A stretch of DNA of 64,000 bases from Saccharofermentanales bacterium (GCA_038326615.1 JBBQKF010000003.1:5334-69333), one strand, 5' to 3'. Positions 9,627 through 22,967 are shown, counted from the first letter of the stretch. Notes: generated from the letters alone by a model not told the origin. Numbers and translations are program-made.

Positions 9627-11315
9627 ATGGAGAATCCAGAAAAGTGGAATTCCGAGGAAAAACGCCTCGAGAGAAAAGAACGGTTAAATAGCCTCAAAGC
9701 GAGAGATGGCGGCAAAAAACCCATCAAAAAATCAAGCAAGTTTTTTAGAATTTTTATGCCAATTATCGCAGTTGTACTTATTCTTGCATTAGGTGTCTGG
9801 GGAGCAATACAATTTGCAGTACCTCAGATGATATTTGCTCCAATGAAAGTTGACGGCAAAAATGTATCAAGCGTTGAATTTAGTTATTATTATGTTAACG
9901 CATTACAACAGCTGGAAATAGATACAAAAACACCTGAAGGAGTAACAAAGCTCGCTGCTAAATGTACAGAGGTTGGATTTACCGACAAAACGTGGCAACA
10001 ATATGCGTTTGACCTTGCAGCAAAATCAGTTGTTGAAGTTCAGATTCAATATGATCTTGCTAATGAACAGAAGATAAAGTTAACTGCCGAAGAATTAAAG
10101 GGAGTTGACGATGTTTTTTCTGGTCTTGTAACACAAGTTGGAAGCGAAGTTAAAGCTGATCAGTATCTTATTGATATGTTCGGAAAGAACGTTACAATTA
10201 AGACATTGAAACCTATTTTCATCAAACAGACTCTTGCAAGTAAATATGCAAAAGATGCCAGCACGAAAGTAACTGTTTCTGATCAGGAAGTAAAAGATGA
10301 GTATACTATGAACAAAGACAACTATGACAGCGTTGCCTTCCGTCTTTCTTTCTTTGCACTTGAAACAAAAACTGGTGCTACAGATGCAGAAACAAAAAAG
10401 TTTGATGCAGATGCAAAGGCAGCAGCAAATGCTTTCCTTGCTAAGGTGACTGATGAAGTATCATTTAAGACTTTATCAGATGCACAAACAAAAATTGACG
10501 AAAAAGCAAAATATGATAAAATGACTGCAGCAGAGAAGAAAACAGCCGATACACAGAAAGCAACTGACGCTAAAACTGAAGCAGACAAAGTCGCTATGAT
10601 GACTGCAGAAGAAAAAACAGCTTATCTTGCAGGCAAAGCAAATCAGGACACAACAATGCTTCGTGGAATCAAAAAATCACAAGTTGACGGGGCAAGTGCC
10701 GATATGAGCAAATGGCTTTATGAAGTTGCTCGTAAAGTAGGAGATAAGAGTTCATTCTCAGCACAGGGTGGATATTATGCAATTTATTTTGTAGAGCGTG
10801 AAGCAACATTCAACAACCCAACCGTACGTCACATGTTAATTTCCCCCAACAAAACAAAAGCAGACGCCGCTCAGGGTGGTGCTGTTACATTCACAAAAGC
10901 TGAATGGGATGCAGCAAGAATTAAAGCAAATGATCTCTTAAAACAATGTACTTCACTTGAGAAGTTCATTGAACTTGCTAAAACTAACACAGCAGACACA
11001 GCATCAGCAACAACAGGCGGACTATATGAGAATGTAGAGCGTGGCAAAATGATGCCTGAGTTTAATGACTGGAGTTTTGATACAGTGCGTAAATCTGGTG
11101 ATCAGGGAATTGTTCGTACCGACTATGGTTTCCATATTATGCGCTACATTGAGAAAAAAGAAACAACATCACTTACACAAAACTCTGCAGCAATTAAGAC
11201 TGAACTTTCTACTAAGAAGTTTACTGCTGCAATGGATGCAAAGAAAGCATTACCTAAATATAAATATGCAGTAAGTGATTTCGGTATTAGTTTAATGGGA
11301 TTTAAAACAAAATAA
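9627..11315 (+). CDS. PrsA/SurA-like parvulin peptidyl-prolyl isomerase (membrane-anchored foldase); alternative start 9615
   Basis: N-terminal TM helix. PpiC motifs VRHMLI, TGGLY, MMPEFNDWSF, VRTDYGFHIM. Confidence 0.85.
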   Translation: MENPEKWNSEEKRLERKERLNSLKARDGGKKPIKKSSKFFRIFMPIIAVVLILALGVWGAIQFAVPQMIFAPMKVDGKNVSSVEFSYYYVNALQQLEIDTKTPEGVTKLAAKCTEVGFTDKTWQQYAFDLAAKSVVEVQIQYDLANEQKIKLTAEELKGVDDVFSGLVTQVGSEVKADQYLIDMFGKNVTIKTLKPIFIKQTLASKYAKDASTKVTVSDQEVKDEYTMNKDNYDSVAFRLSFFALETKTGATDAETKKFDADAKAAANAFLAKVTDEVSFKTLSDAQTKIDEKAKYDKMTAAEKKTADTQKATDAKTEADKVAMMTAEEKTAYLAGKANQDTTMLRGIKKSQVDGASADMSKWLYEVARKVGDKSSFSAQGGYYAIYFVEREATFNNPTVRHMLISPNKTKADAAQGGAVTFTKAEWDAARIKANDLLKQCTSLEKFIELAKTNTADTASATTGGLYENVERGKMMPEFNDWSFDTVRKSGDQGIVRTDYGFHIMRYIEKKETTSLTQNSAAIKTELSTKKFTAAMDAKKALPKYKYAVSDFGISLMGFKTK

Positions 11316-11358
11316 TATAAAACAAAATAATTTAAAACAAAATAATTTAAAACAAAAA
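11301..11358 (+). repeat. 15-bp tandem repeat x4 of the last codons of the foldase gene
   Basis: TTTAAAACAAAATAA (F-K-T-K-stop) repeated four times with small variants. Confidence 0.9.
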
Positions 11359-11416
11359 AGCAAGACTAAATGAAAGAAAAGATAAAGCAAGACATATTAA
11401 AATTTGTTTTGAATAG

Positions 11417-11447
11417 AGAGTCTGGTAAAAATACCAGGCTCTTTTTT
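11417..11447 (+). terminator. Rho-independent terminator
   Basis: AGAGTCTGGTA aaaa TACCAGGCTCT followed by a T-run. Confidence 0.8.
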
Positions 11448-11560
11448 AACGAATACTAACTAGAATGTTACTAAATGTGAGAATAATATAAATAACATGT
11501 ATGTTTTTATATATAAAGTAGTTCAATCTGTCGAATCTTCATTTAAGAAATAATATTTTA

Positions 11561-11589
11561 TTGACACACTCACATTACGGTGATAAACT
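11561..11589 (+). promoter_or_regulatory. Sigma-A promoter of rpoBC
   Basis: TTGACA-N17-TAAACT with extended TG. Confidence 0.75.
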
Positions 11590-11768
11590 ATTAAGACGCG
11601 TTAAAGGGTAAGGGAATAACTATACCTGTCATAGCACGGTCAAGGGTATTCTAACTTGACAGAACCAAAAAATGTATTTAGTAACAGAAGCAATGGGACA
11701 ATTCGTCTTTATTCGGATTGTTCACAGAAGGAAACGGCCTGGCCGTAAAATACGCGAGGTGATCTTTA

Positions 11769-14700
11769 ATGGTGCGTCCCGTCAAATTGGGAAGAGCCGA
11801 GAGAATGACTTATTCTAAGATCGATGAAGTCATTGAAATGCCGGATTTAATTGAAATCCAGAAGAATTCTTATCAATGGTTTCTAAACGAAGGTCTTATG
11901 GAAGTATTGCGCGATGTATCGCCAATCACTGACTTCTCAGGCGAAATAGAATTATCTTTTATCGACAAAGAGTTTGACAGCAATAGTCCAACTTATGGCA
12001 TCAGTGAATGCAAAGAAAGAGACGCAAATTTTGCGGCTCCGCTTAGAGTGAAAGTTAGACTTCACAACAAAAGAGACGATGTAATCAAAGAACAGTTTAT
12101 TTATATCGGAGAATTTCCGATAATGACACCAACAGGAACATTTATTATTAACGGAGCCGAAAGGGTTATCATTAGCCAGTTGGTCCGTTCTCCTGGTTCA
12201 TATTTCTCACATAGCATCGACAAAACAGACAAAGATGTATACTCTTCCCAGATAATTCCTAATCGCGGAGCCTGGCTCGAGTATGAAACAGATTCTAATG
12301 ACATTCTGTCTGTACGCATTGACCGCACAAGAAAATTTCCAATAACAATATTCCTTCGTTCAATCGGTTTAGGGACAAATGAAGAAATCCTAAGCATGTT
12401 TGGTGAAGAAAAACTCCTTATTGCAACACTTGCAAAAGATACTTGCAGAAACCGAGAAGAAGGTTTGCAAGAACTTTACAAGAAACTCAGACCAGGTGAA
12501 CCGGTATCTGTTGAAGGTGCTGAAACACTTCTCAAGAATATGTTTTTTGATCCTAAGAGATATGATCTTGCAAGAGTTGGTATTTTTAAACTTAATAAGA
12601 AATTGTCAATTAGATCAAGACTTGTAGGACATAAAGCAGCTCAAACCATTGTGAATGATGACGGAGAAATTTTAATAACAATCGGTGAAGTTATAACTAA
12701 ACACCACGCAGAATTAATTTCTGACGCGGGTGTTAATGAGGTGCTTGTTTTCCCAATTGTTATTGTCGGTGACACAGTAACAATTCATGACACACCAGTA
12801 AAAATTATTGGCAATAGTCGTGTTAACGCTTTGATTTATTTAAGAGCAAACTTTAATCCATCCGAAATTGCAGGCCTTGACCTTGATGTAATTGGAGTAA
12901 ATGAGAATGTAAGAACTTCAGTTCTTAAAGAAATTATTGCGCAGGTAAAAGTTGCAAAGGCAGATAAATTAGAAACTCTCGAAGAAATGCTTAAGTCAAA
13001 CCTAAGCAATCTTATGCCAAAACATTTGACAATTGAAGACATCATTTCTTCAATCAGTTACATTATAGGACTTGAATATGGCATTGGAGAAATAGATGAT
13101 ATTGACCACTTAGGCAACCGTCGTATCCGTTCAGTTGGAGAGCTTCTCCAGAATCAGATTCGAGTTGGGTTTGCACGTATGGAGCGAGTTGTTCGTGAAC
13201 GTATGGGAACAGTAACTGACATGGAAACCACAACTCCTCAGCAATTAGTTAACACAAGACCGGTAAGCGCAGCAGTCAAAGAATTTTTTGGCTCATCACA
13301 GCTTTCTCAGTTCATGGACCAGCCAAACCCTCTTGCAGAACTGACTCACAAGAGAAGACTATCTGCTCTTGGGCCAGGAGGACTTAGCAGAGAACGTGCA
13401 AACTTTGAAGTTCGTGACGTTCACTCCTCACATTATGGTCGTATGTGTCCTATTGAAACACCTGAAGGTCCTAACATCGGCTTGATTAACTCTCTTGCAA
13501 CTTTTGCAAAAGTGAATAATTATGGATTTATTGAAACACCATACCGTGTTTATGACAAAATCAATCAGATTGTAACAAGAGACGTAGCTTATCTTACTGC
13601 TGATGAAGAAGACTATTTCAATATTGCTCAGGCTAATGAACCTATTGACGAAAAAGGTAAATTTCTTGCAAAGAAGGTTGTATGCCGTTATCTCGATAAA
13701 TTCCTTGAACTTGACATCAACAAAGTTGATTTCATGGACGTTTCTCCTAAACAGCTTGTATCAGTTGCTACATCGCTGATTCCTTTCCTTGGAAACGATG
13801 ATGCTAACCGTGCTCTGATGGGTTCAAACATGCAACGTCAGGCAGTTCCTCTAATCAAATCACAGTCTCCTATAATCGGAACTGGTATGGAACATCGTGC
13901 CGCAAAAGACTCAGGTGTATGTAAAGTTGCTGAACATGACGGTGTTGTAGAATTTGTAGCAGCTGACAAAATTGTTATCCGCACAGGTAAGACAACTAAA
14001 GATACCTACGAACTTTCTAAATACATGAGATCAAATCAGGGAACATGTATCAATCAGCGTCCACTGGTAAGAACTGGAGATGAAGTAAAAGTTGGCGACA
14101 TACTTGCTGACGGTCCATCAACAGATAATGGTGAACTTGCTCTTGGTAAGAATGTTCTTATCGGATTCATGGCATGGGAAGGGTATAACTATGAAGATGC
14201 TATCCTTCTTAATGAACGTCTTGTAAGAGATGATGTGTACACCTCAATTCATATTGAAGAATATGAGTGCGAAGCCCGTGACACAAAACTTGGGCCTGAA
14301 GAAATAACTCGTGAAATTCCAAATGTTGGCGATGATGTTCTTAAAGATCTTGACGAAGATGGAATTATCCGAATAGGTGCTGAAGTTCGTTCAGGAGATA
14401 TCCTGGTTGGTAAAGTAACGCCTAAGGGAGAAACTGAACTTACAGCAGAAGAGCGCCTTTACAGAGCTATATTTGGCGAAAAAATCCGCGAAGTCCGTGA
14501 TACTTCTGTTCGTGTTCCTCATGGAGAGTCAGGGATAATAGTTGACGTAAAAGTTTTCACTCGCGAAAACGATGATGATTTAAAACATGGAGTTAACAAG
14601 CTTGTTCGTGTTTATATCGCTCAGAAAAGAAAAATCTCTGTTGGTGACAAAATCGCCGGACGACATGGTAATAAGGGTGTTATTTCAAGAATTCTTCCTG

Positions 14701-15572
14701 AAGAAGACATGCCATTCTTACCTGACGGTACAACACTTGATATCGTTCTTAATCCTCTTGGTGTTCCTTCTCGTATGAATATCGGGCAATTGCTCGAAGT
14801 TCATCTTGGTCGCGCAGCAAGTTTACTTGGCTGGAAAATTGCAACTCCTGTTTTCGACGGTGCGTCCGAAGAAGATTTGAAATTGGCATTCAAAGCTGCC
14901 GGAATGGACGATGACGGTAAAACTGTTCTGTACGACGGAAGAACCGGAGAACGCTTCGAAAACAGAATTACCGTAGGTTATATGTATATTCTTAAACTTA
15001 TGCATCTTGTTGACGACAAAATCCATGCAAGATCAATCGGACCATATTCTCTTGTTACGCAACAGCCTCTTGGTGGTAAAGCACAATTTGGTGGTCAGCG
15101 TTTCGGAGAGATGGAAGTTTGGGCACTTGAAGCATACGGCGCAGCATATACACTGCAAGAAATCCTTACAGTTAAATCTGACGATATCAGTGGAAGAACC
15201 AAGACATATGAAGCAATCGTCAAAGGCGAAAGTGTACCGGAAGCAGGCGTTCCTGAATCATTCAAGGTTCTTGTCAAAGAACTTCAAAGTCTTGGTCTTG
15301 ATGTGAATATTTTCTCAGAAGAAAACAAAATAATCGCAATCAAGGAAACAGTCGAAGAAGAAAACGATGTGCCTGTTATCGATAAAGCCTTACTTGCAGA
15401 TTTAATGAATTTTCAGGAAGACGATAATGAACTTAGAAATTCAGGATTCACCGAAGGCCTTTTGGATGAAGACGGTAATGTTATCGAAGAAGACATGATG
15501 GGTGTTTTTGAAGACCTTGATCTTTCAAACCCAAGTGATAATATTCTCGATGATTCAGACGATTTAAATTAA
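11769..15572 (+). CDS. rpoB: RNA polymerase beta subunit
   Basis: [43 protein letters not shown]. Confidence 0.99.
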   Translation: MVRPVKLGRAERMTYSKIDEVIEMPDLIEIQKNSYQWFLNEGLMEVLRDVSPITDFSGEIELSFIDKEFDSNSPTYGISECKERDANFAAPLRVKVRLHNKRDDVIKEQFIYIGEFPIMTPTGTFIINGAERVIISQLVRSPGSYFSHSIDKTDKDVYSSQIIPNRGAWLEYETDSNDILSVRIDRTRKFPITIFLRSIGLGTNEEILSMFGEEKLLIATLAKDTCRNREEGLQELYKKLRPGEPVSVEGAETLLKNMFFDPKRYDLARVGIFKLNKKLSIRSRLVGHKAAQTIVNDDGEILITIGEVITKHHAELISDAGVNEVLVFPIVIVGDTVTIHDTPVKIIGNSRVNALIYLRANFNPSEIAGLDLDVIGVNENVRTSVLKEIIAQVKVAKADKLETLEEMLKSNLSNLMPKHLTIEDIISSISYIIGLEYGIGEIDDIDHLGNRRIRSVGELLQNQIRVGFARMERVVRERMGTVTDMETTTPQQLVNTRPVSAAVKEFFGSSQLSQFMDQPNPLAELTHKRRLSALGPGGLSRERANFEVRDVHSSHYGRMCPIETPEGPNIGLINSLATFAKVNNYGFIETPYRVYDKINQIVTRDVAYLTADEEDYFNIAQANEPIDEKGKFLAKKVVCRYLDKFLELDINKVDFMDVSPKQLVSVATSLIPFLGNDDANRALMGSNMQRQAVPLIKSQSPIIGTGMEHRAAKDSGVCKVAEHDGVVEFVAADKIVIRTGKTTKDTYELSKYMRSNQGTCINQRPLVRTGDEVKVGDILADGPSTDNGELALGKNVLIGFMAWEGYNYEDAILLNERLVRDDVYTSIHIEEYECEARDTKLGPEEITREIPNVGDDVLKDLDEDGIIRIGAEVRSGDILVGKVTPKGETELTAEERLYRAIFGEKIREVRDTSVRVPHGESGIIVDVKVFTRENDDDLKHGVNKLVRVYIAQKRKISVGDKIAGRHGNKGVISRILPEEDMPFLPDGTTLDIVLNPLGVPSRMNIGQLLEVHLGRAASLLGWKIATPVFDGASEEDLKLAFKAAGMDDDGKTVLYDGRTGERFENRITVGYMYILKLMHLVDDKIHARSIGPYSLVTQQPLGGKAQFGGQRFGEMEVWALEAYGAAYTLQEILTVKSDDISGRTKTYEAIVKGESVPEAGVPESFKVLVKELQSLGLDVNIFSEENKIIAIKETVEEENDVPVIDKALLADLMNFQEDDNELRNSGFTEGLLDEDGNVIEEDMMGVFEDLDLSNPSDNILDDSDDLN

Positions 15573-15618
15573 TCACACGATTGTATAGGCCTTACAAGGT
15601 GTGGAAGGAGTGTCAAAA

Positions 15619-18600
15619 ATGTTTGAAATGAATAATTTCGAAGCAATAGGAATTAGTCTTGCCTCCCCGGAAAAAATTCTGGAATGGTCCCGTGGTGAGG
15701 TTAAAAAACCTGAAACAATAAATTATAGAACCCTAAAGCCTGAACGTGATGGACTGTTTTGCGAAAAAATCTTTGGGCCAACAAAAGACTGGGAATGCCA
15801 CTGTGGTAAATATAAGAAAATCCGTTACAAGGGCATAGTCTGCGACCGTTGTGGTGTAGAAGTCACAAAATCAAAAGTAAGAAGAGAGAGATTGGGTCAC
15901 ATAAAGCTTGCTGCTCCTGTTTCTCATATTTGGTATTTCAGAGGAATCCCAAGCAGAATGGGACTCATCCTTGATATGTCACCAAGAGCTCTCGAGAAAG
16001 TCTTGTATTTTGCGTCATACATTGTAACTAAGGAAGGTGAAACGACCCTTTCAAAGAAACAGGTTTTGTCGGAGAGAGAATACAGAGAAGCAGTCGAAAG
16101 ATTCGGCAAAAAAGCTTTTACAGCAAGAATGGGTGCTGAAGCAATTAAACAGCTTCTTGCAGAAATTAATGTTGTTGAAATGGCAAGAGAATTACGTGAA
16201 GAGTTTCGTGTTTCCAGCGGTCAAAAAAGAGTTCGTATCATCAAACGTCTGGAAGTTGTTGAAGCATTCAAGAAATCAGGTAATCGTCCTGAATGGATGA
16301 TTCTAGATGCGATACCTGTCCTTCCGCCTGAACTTCGTCCTATGGTACAACTCGATGGTGGACGATTTGCAACATCTGATCTTAATGATTTATACCGCCG
16401 TGTAATAAACCGTAATAACCGCCTTAATAAATTACTGCAATTAGGAGCCCCCGAAATAATTATACGCAACGAAAAAAGAATGTTGCAGGAAGCTGTTGAT
16501 GCGCTTATAGATAATGGTCGTCGTGGAAGAGCAGTTACTGGCGCAGGAAACCGTGCGCTGAAGTCTCTTTCCGACATGCTAAAAGGCAAGCAAGGACGTT
16601 TCCGTCAAAATCTTCTTGGGAAACGTGTTGACTATTCCGGACGTTCTGTTATCGTTGTCGGACCAGATCTTAAACTTCATCAGTGCGGTCTTCCTAAAGA
16701 AATGGCGCTTGAACTTTTCAAGCCATTTGTAATGAAGAGAATTGTCAAAGATGGATATGCACACAATATTAAAACTGCCCGTAAACTTGTTGAACGTACA
16801 CGTGATGAGGTCTGGGAAATTTTAGAGCAGGTTATTAAGGATCATCCGGTTTTATTAAACCGCGCCCCTACATTACACCGTCTCGGAATCCAGGCATTTG
16901 AACCGGTACTTGTTGAGGGTCGTGCTATTAAGCTTCATCCACTTGTTTGTACAGCATATAATGCTGACTTCGATGGTGATCAGATGGCTGTTCACGTTCC
17001 GCTTTCAGCAGAAGCCCAGGCAGAAGCCCGATTCCTCATGTTGTCGGCAAATAACCTTCTTAAACCGCAGGATGGCAAGCCCGTTACAGTTCCTACACAG
17101 GATATGGTTCTTGGATGCTATTACCTTACTATCGACGATGAAAATGTTGCTGGTGAAGGTAAAATTTTCTCTAGCATCGATGAAGCAATAATGGCTAATG
17201 ATGAACATGAACTTGACTTGCATGCAATAATCAAAGTCCGCTGTACTAGAGAGTTTAATGGCCAAAAACATGTTGGGCTTATTGAGAGCACGCTCGGAAG
17301 ATTTATTTTTAACGAAATAATTCCTCAAAACCTTGGATATGTTGAGCGTAAAGATTTAGAAAGCATGTTTAAACTCGAGTGTGATTTCCTAGTAGGAAAG
17401 AAAGAACTTGGAACAATTATCGAAAAATGCATAAAAACGCAGGGCGTTTCTGCTACAGCAACAATTCTTGACCTTATTAAGGCTCTTGGATTTAAATTTT
17501 CAACTAAAGGTGGTATTTCAATCAGTATCTTTGATATGATTGTACCTGATGTAAAGAAAAAGCATATTGCTGATGCAGAAGCACGAGTTGAATTTATCAC
17601 CACGAACTTTGAACGTGGATTGCTTAACGAAGAAGGTCGTTATCAGGCTGTTGTTGACACATGGCGTAAAACAACCGATACTATTACCGAAGCACTTAAG
17701 AATAGCCTTGGTAAATTTAATCCGGTATTCATGATGTCACAGTCTGGAGCCCGTGGTAACATTAATCAGATCAAACAGCTTGCTGGTATGCGTGGCAACA
17801 TGTCTGACACATCCGGTAAAACAATCGAAATTCCAATCAAATCAAACCTGAGAGAAGGTATGAATGTTCTTGAATTCTTCATTTCTTCTCATGGTGCCCG
17901 TAAAGCACTTTCTGATACTGCCCTTAAAACAGCTGACTCAGGATACCTTACAAGACGTCTTGTTGACGTATCTCAGGATGTTATAATCCGCGACGTTGAT
18001 TGTGGAACATCTGATTATATTGAAGTTTCTGAAATTACTTCTGGTGTTAAAGGCAAAAGAATTGTTAAGTCGCTTCCGGATCGTATAGCTGGCCGTTATG
18101 CTGCCAAAGATATTATTCACCCAGCAACTGGTGAGATTATAGTTATGCGTGGAGATGTCATTAATGATTCGGCAATCAAGAAAATTCTTGATGCACAAAT
18201 AATCAAAGTGCCAATTCGTTCAGTACTCACATGCCATTCAAAATATGGAGTATGCGCGACATGTTATGGTCTTAACCTTGCAACAAATGAGCCTGCAGGT
18301 ATTGGTGAAGCAGTTGGAATCATGGCTGCACAGTCAATAGGAGAACCAGGCACTCAGCTTACAATGCGTACGTTCCATACTGGTGGTATTGCGGCTTATG
18401 AAGATGATATTACGCAGGGTCTTCCTCGTGTTGAAGAATTGTTTGAAGCCCGCAAACCAAAGGGACAAGCTATCCTTGCTGAAATAGCCGGTGTTGTTAG
18501 AATTGAAGAAAGTAGCAAGCGTAAAAGAGATATTATTATTACTCCACCTGATGGTAGCGAGCTTGAAGAGCATGTATATGCAATTTCATACGGCTCCCAC

Positions 18601-19179
18601 ATGCTTGTCAAGACAGGTGATTATATTGAAGCAGGAGATCTCCTTACTGAAGGTTCAGTTAATCCACATGACATCATGAAGGTCAAAGGTATTCGCGGAG
18701 TTCAAAACTATATAATCGGTGAAGTTGTAAAGGTTTATAAGAATAATGGTGTTGAAATCAATGACAAACATATCGAAATTATTACACGTCAGATGATGCG
18801 TAAGGTTCGTGTTGATGATCCAGGTGATACTGATCTCATGACAGGAAGCCTTGTTGATATGTTTGACTATGAAGAAGCAAATATTAAAGCAAAAGATACA
18901 GGAACTATTGAAGCCACAGGAAAAAAAGTTCTCCTTGGTATTACAAAGGCTTCTCTTGCAACTGACTCATTCCTCTCAGCTGCTTCCTTCCAGGAAACAA
19001 CCCGCGTACTTACAGACGCAGCAGTAAAGGGCAAAATTGACCCACTCCTAGGTCTTAAAGAAAATGTTATTATTGGCAAGCTTATTCCTGCCGGAACAGG
19101 AATGCCAAAGTATCGCAATGTAACTGCAGTACCGAATGTTGAAGAAAACAGAGAGCTTTTAAATCAATTTAATCATTGA
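15619..19179 (+). CDS. rpoC: RNA polymerase beta' subunit
   Basis: NADFDGD catalytic motif, [25 protein letters not shown] 15619 chosen for its SD AAGGAG. Confidence 0.99.
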   Translation: MFEMNNFEAIGISLASPEKILEWSRGEVKKPETINYRTLKPERDGLFCEKIFGPTKDWECHCGKYKKIRYKGIVCDRCGVEVTKSKVRRERLGHIKLAAPVSHIWYFRGIPSRMGLILDMSPRALEKVLYFASYIVTKEGETTLSKKQVLSEREYREAVERFGKKAFTARMGAEAIKQLLAEINVVEMARELREEFRVSSGQKRVRIIKRLEVVEAFKKSGNRPEWMILDAIPVLPPELRPMVQLDGGRFATSDLNDLYRRVINRNNRLNKLLQLGAPEIIIRNEKRMLQEAVDALIDNGRRGRAVTGAGNRALKSLSDMLKGKQGRFRQNLLGKRVDYSGRSVIVVGPDLKLHQCGLPKEMALELFKPFVMKRIVKDGYAHNIKTARKLVERTRDEVWEILEQVIKDHPVLLNRAPTLHRLGIQAFEPVLVEGRAIKLHPLVCTAYNADFDGDQMAVHVPLSAEAQAEARFLMLSANNLLKPQDGKPVTVPTQDMVLGCYYLTIDDENVAGEGKIFSSIDEAIMANDEHELDLHAIIKVRCTREFNGQKHVGLIESTLGRFIFNEIIPQNLGYVERKDLESMFKLECDFLVGKKELGTIIEKCIKTQGVSATATILDLIKALGFKFSTKGGISISIFDMIVPDVKKKHIADAEARVEFITTNFERGLLNEEGRYQAVVDTWRKTTDTITEALKNSLGKFNPVFMMSQSGARGNINQIKQLAGMRGNMSDTSGKTIEIPIKSNLREGMNVLEFFISSHGARKALSDTALKTADSGYLTRRLVDVSQDVIIRDVDCGTSDYIEVSEITSGVKGKRIVKSLPDRIAGRYAAKDIIHPATGEIIVMRGDVINDSAIKKILDAQIIKVPIRSVLTCHSKYGVCATCYGLNLATNEPAGIGEAVGIMAAQSIGEPGTQLTMRTFHTGGIAAYEDDITQGLPRVEELFEARKPKGQAILAEIAGVVRIEESSKRKRDIIITPPDGSELEEHVYAISYGSHMLVKTGDYIEAGDLLTEGSVNPHDIMKVKGIRGVQNYIIGEVVKVYKNNGVEINDKHIEIITRQMMRKVRVDDPGDTDLMTGSLVDMFDYEEANIKAKDTGTIEATGKKVLLGITKASLATDSFLSAASFQETTRVLTDAAVKGKIDPLLGLKENVIIGKLIPAGTGMPKYRNVTAVPNVEENRELLNQFNH

Positions 19180-19308
19180 TTACTAGACCCCGTTTTCAAT
19201 ATTATTCATTAAATTGAGAGAATCTGGTATTGATTTGCAGATTTTTCAATAAAAGTGTATCTTTTTAAATCAATAAGTATTTAGAAAACAGGAACATGTT
19301 AATATTTG

Positions 19309-19346
19309 TTAAGAAAAGAGGAACCGCAAGGTTTCTCTTTTCTTAA
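19309..19346. terminator. Strong (possibly bidirectional) terminator after rpoC
   Basis: TTAAGAAAAGAGGAACC gcaa GGTTTCTCTTTTCTTAA. Confidence 0.85.
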
Positions 19347-19376
19347 GATTCATTTACATTAAATAGAAAAACACAT

Positions 19377-19491
19377 TTTAACCTCATGTAGCAAGAATTC
19401 TCCCTCCTCTATTCAACCTTACTCGCGAATGCGAGAAGAATAGTGGGAGATGAATTGCTACTTGTACCTTGACAATTATTGTACAACTAAG
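19377..19491 (+). mobile_element. Dispersed hairpin element resembling an IS200/IS605-family end, with no transposase
   Basis: Near-identical to the reverse complement of 41302-41396. Long imperfect palindrome GTAGCAAGAATTCTCCC...GGGAGATGAATTGCTAC. Confidence 0.7.
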
Positions 19492-19718
19492 CTTGACGAA
19501 TTGCGATACTAATGGTATACGAGTTTATTGCGCAATACGCAATATTTCTTTGAAAAAGGTAGCGGGGCAGGAAACCTATTGAATAGCAATACCTAATATT
19601 GCAGGATATCGCGATAATCATATTAATTATTAATTTATATTTGTATAACTGATAGCAGGTGGACATTTAATATTGCAATTTAGTAGTTTCGATAGTTTCG
19701 ATAGTTTTGATAAAGTGT

Positions 19719-19747
19719 TTGCATTATTCAAAAATCGGTGTTATAAT
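19719..19747 (+). promoter_or_regulatory. Sigma-A promoter of the str operon
   Basis: TTGCAT-N17-TATAAT with extended TG. Confidence 0.7.
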
Positions 19748-19825
19748 AATACGGCTCGTCGTATGAATAAACTTCGAATTCATCGATAAGCACTATTAAA
19801 TTATAAAATGAAAGGAGGTGTATTG

Positions 19826-20254
19826 ATGCCTACGTTCAACCAATTGGTTAAGTCCGGAAGAGCTTCTAAAATTTACAAGTCTGGATCTCCTGCTTTATTA
19901 AGAGGAATGAATACCTTGAAGAAAGTAACTACAGAGATTACAGCACCACAGAAACGCGGAGTTTGTACCGTTGTTAAGACAACCACTCCTAAGAAACCTA
20001 ACTCAGCTTTACGTAAAGTAGCAAGAGTTCGTTTAACAAACGGAATGGAAGTAACAGCGTATATTCCTGGTATTGGTCACAATCTGCAGGAGCACTCAGT
20101 TGTTCTTATCAGAGGTGGTAAAGTTAAAGATCTTCCTGGTGTGCGTTATCACATCGTTAGAGGAACTTTGGATACAGCAGGCGTAAACAATCGTTTACAA
20201 TCGCGTTCAAAGTACGGAGCCAAGAGACCTAAAGCAGCTAAGGTCAAGAAATAA
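19826..20254 (+). CDS. rpsL: 30S ribosomal protein S12
   Basis: [40 protein letters not shown] before ATG 19826. Confidence 0.99.
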   Translation: MPTFNQLVKSGRASKIYKSGSPALLRGMNTLKKVTTEITAPQKRGVCTVVKTTTPKKPNSALRKVARVRLTNGMEVTAYIPGIGHNLQEHSVVLIRGGKVKDLPGVRYHIVRGTLDTAGVNNRLQSRSKYGAKRPKAAKVKK

Positions 20255-20406
20255 TTGCTGTAAATAAGGTTGGACAAGGAATGTTCAGTACACTGTCTTA
20301 TGTATAAAGCATATGGCCAAGTATACTGCACTGACACGGTCCAAAACGTGAGTACCTATGAATTCGGATATTTAAAGTCCGTATATCATGAGAGGAGGGA
20401 AGACTA

Positions 20407-20877
20407 GTGCCAAGAAAAGGCCATGTTGCAATAAGAGAGGTTCTTCCAGATCCAATTTACAATAGTATAGTTGTTACGAAGTTAATCAACAATATTATGT
20501 TAGATGGGAAAAAGGGAGTAGCCCAGAAAATCGTTTATGAAGCTTTTGATATAATCAAAGAGCGCACATCGCAGGACCCACTTGAATTTTTTACAAAAGC
20601 ACTTGAAAATGTAATGCCAATGCTTGAAGTAAAAGCAAGAAGAGTAGGTGGAGCAAACTATCAGGTTCCTATCGAAGTTAGGCCTGAGAGAAGACAAACA
20701 TTAGGGTTACGTTGGTTGGTACAATTTTCGAGAAATCGTAATGACCGTACCATGAAAGAGCGTCTTGCAAATGAATTGCTTGATGCTGCAAATTCAGCTG
20801 GCGGAGCTTACAAGAAAAAAGAAGATATCCATAAAATGGCAGATGCAAACAGAGCATTTGCACATTATAGATGGTAG
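20407..20877 (+). CDS. rpsG: 30S ribosomal protein S7
   Basis: [26 protein letters not shown]. Confidence 0.99.
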   Translation: MPRKGHVAIREVLPDPIYNSIVVTKLINNIMLDGKKGVAQKIVYEAFDIIKERTSQDPLEFFTKALENVMPMLEVKARRVGGANYQVPIEVRPERRQTLGLRWLVQFSRNRNDRTMKERLANELLDAANSAGGAYKKKEDIHKMADANRAFAHYRW

Positions 20878-20900
20878 TCCCAACGGAAGGAGCATAATTT

Positions 20901-22967
20901 ATGCCAAGAGAATTCTCTTTAGAGAATACAAGAAATATCGGCATAATGGCCCATATTGACGCTGGTAAAACAACAACAACCGAACGTATACTTTTCTATA
21001 CCGGTAAAACCCATAAGATAGGTGAAGTGCATGACGGTGCTGCTACAATGGACTGGATGGTTCAGGAGCAGGAACGTGGTATAACAATTACCTCAGCTGC
21101 TACAACAGCACAGTGGAAAGGTCGGAGAATCAATATAATTGATACTCCTGGACACGTTGATTTTACAGTTGAAGTTGAAAGGTCATTACGTGTTTTAGAC
21201 GGCGCTGTTACACTTTTTTGTGCTAAGGGCGGAGTTGAACCACAGACAGAGACCGTTTGGCGTCAAGCTGACCATTATGGAGTTCCAAGAATTGCCTATG
21301 TTAACAAAATGGACATATTGGGAGCAGACTATTTCAAGGCAATTTCTATGATGAAAGATCGCCTGAGAACAAATGCAGTCCCAATACAGCTGCCGATAGG
21401 TAAAGAAAATACGTTTACTGGAATTGTTGATCTCGTCAAAATGAAAGCTGAGATTTACACTTCCGATGACGGCAAAGAATTTATAGAAACAGAAGTTCCA
21501 GCGGATATGATTGAAGAATCAAAGAAGTGGAGAGACAATCTTGTTGAAGCAGTTGCTGAAATGGATGAAGACTTAACGATGAAATTCCTTGAGGGAGAAG
21601 AAATATCAACCGAAGAAATCATCGATGCTCTTCGTTTAGCTACAATTGCCTGTAAGATAACACCTGTAATGTGTGGATCATCTTACAAGAACAAAGGTGT
21701 TCAAATGCTTCTTGATGCAATAATTGCATATATGCCATCTCCTTTGGATGTTCCTTCTATTAAAGGTATCAATCCTGATACTGATGAAGAAGAAACAAGA
21801 CCATCAGATGATAATGGACCATTTGCAGCACTTGCATTCAAGATTGCAGTTGATCCTTTCGTAGGCAAACTTTGTTTTTTTCGTGTTTATTCCGGAATGC
21901 TTGATGCAGGCTCTTATGTACTAAACTCATGCAAGAAAAAAAGAGAACGTGTAGGAAGACTTATTCAAATGCACGCAAATCACCGTGAAGAAATCGACAA
22001 GGTATATTCTGGTGACATCGCTGCTATCGTAGGTCTTAAAGATACAACAACAGGTGATACATTGTGTAATGAAGATCATCCGATCATTCTTGAATCAATG
22101 GATTTCCCAGAACCAGTTATCGAGGTTGCTATCGAACCTAAATCGAAAGCAAGCCAGGACAAAATGATGGTTGCTCTTCAGAAACTTGCTGAAGAAGATC
22201 CGACATTTCGAACTTTCACTAATCCAGAAACAGGACAGACAATTATTGCAGGAATGGGTGAACTCCACCTTGACATCATAGTTGATCGTATGTTCCGTGA
22301 ATTTAAAGTTGAAGCGAATGTTGGTGCACCACAGGTTGCATATAAGGAAACAATCCGTAAGGCAGTTCGTGCGGAAGGCAAATTTATTCGTCAGTCAGGC
22401 GGACGTGGACAGTATGGACATTGCTGGCTTGAAATTGAACCAATGGCACCAGGATTCGGTTATGAATTCGTTAACAAGGTGGTAGGTGGAACTATTCCAA
22501 AAGAATATATCGCTCCTATCGATGCAGGAATCCGTGAAGCTATGAATAATGGTGTTCTTGGAGGTTTCCCTTGCGTAGATATTCGAGTATCTGTTGTTGA
22601 CGGTTCTTACCATGATGTTGACTCAAACGAAATGGCATTCAAAATTGCCGGCTCGATGGGATTCAAGGAGGGCTGCCGTAAAGCAGAACCTGTTTTACTT
22701 GAACCAATAATGAGAGTTGATGTTATTGTTCCCGAAGATTACATGGGTGACGTTATGGGCGGACTTAGCTCAAGACGTGGACGTATCGAAGGCATGGAGG
22801 CAAGAGGCGGTGCCCAGCAGATTACTGCTAAAGTTCCTCTTTCACAGATGTTCGGTTATGCTACTGTTTTACGTTCCTCATCACAAGGCCGCGGAAACTT
22901 TGTAATGCAAATTGACCACTTTGAAGAAGTACCAAAGAGCATTATGGATGAAATTCTCAAAAAGTAA
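20901..22967 (+). CDS. fusA: Elongation factor G
   Basis: [24 protein letters not shown]. Confidence 0.99.
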   Translation: MPREFSLENTRNIGIMAHIDAGKTTTTERILFYTGKTHKIGEVHDGAATMDWMVQEQERGITITSAATTAQWKGRRINIIDTPGHVDFTVEVERSLRVLDGAVTLFCAKGGVEPQTETVWRQADHYGVPRIAYVNKMDILGADYFKAISMMKDRLRTNAVPIQLPIGKENTFTGIVDLVKMKAEIYTSDDGKEFIETEVPADMIEESKKWRDNLVEAVAEMDEDLTMKFLEGEEISTEEIIDALRLATIACKITPVMCGSSYKNKGVQMLLDAIIAYMPSPLDVPSIKGINPDTDEEETRPSDDNGPFAALAFKIAVDPFVGKLCFFRVYSGMLDAGSYVLNSCKKKRERVGRLIQMHANHREEIDKVYSGDIAAIVGLKDTTTGDTLCNEDHPIILESMDFPEPVIEVAIEPKSKASQDKMMVALQKLAEEDPTFRTFTNPETGQTIIAGMGELHLDIIVDRMFREFKVEANVGAPQVAYKETIRKAVRAEGKFIRQSGGRGQYGHCWLEIEPMAPGFGYEFVNKVVGGTIPKEYIAPIDAGIREAMNNGVLGGFPCVDIRVSVVDGSYHDVDSNEMAFKIAGSMGFKEGCRKAEPVLLEPIMRVDVIVPEDYMGDVMGGLSSRRGRIEGMEARGGAQQITAKVPLSQMFGYATVLRSSSQGRGNFVMQIDHFEEVPKSIMDEILKK

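Noticed and set aside
12700..13030. Unusual insertion in RpoB
   Set aside because: Falls in a region where Firmicute/clostridial RpoB has lineage-specific inserts; no repeat signature.
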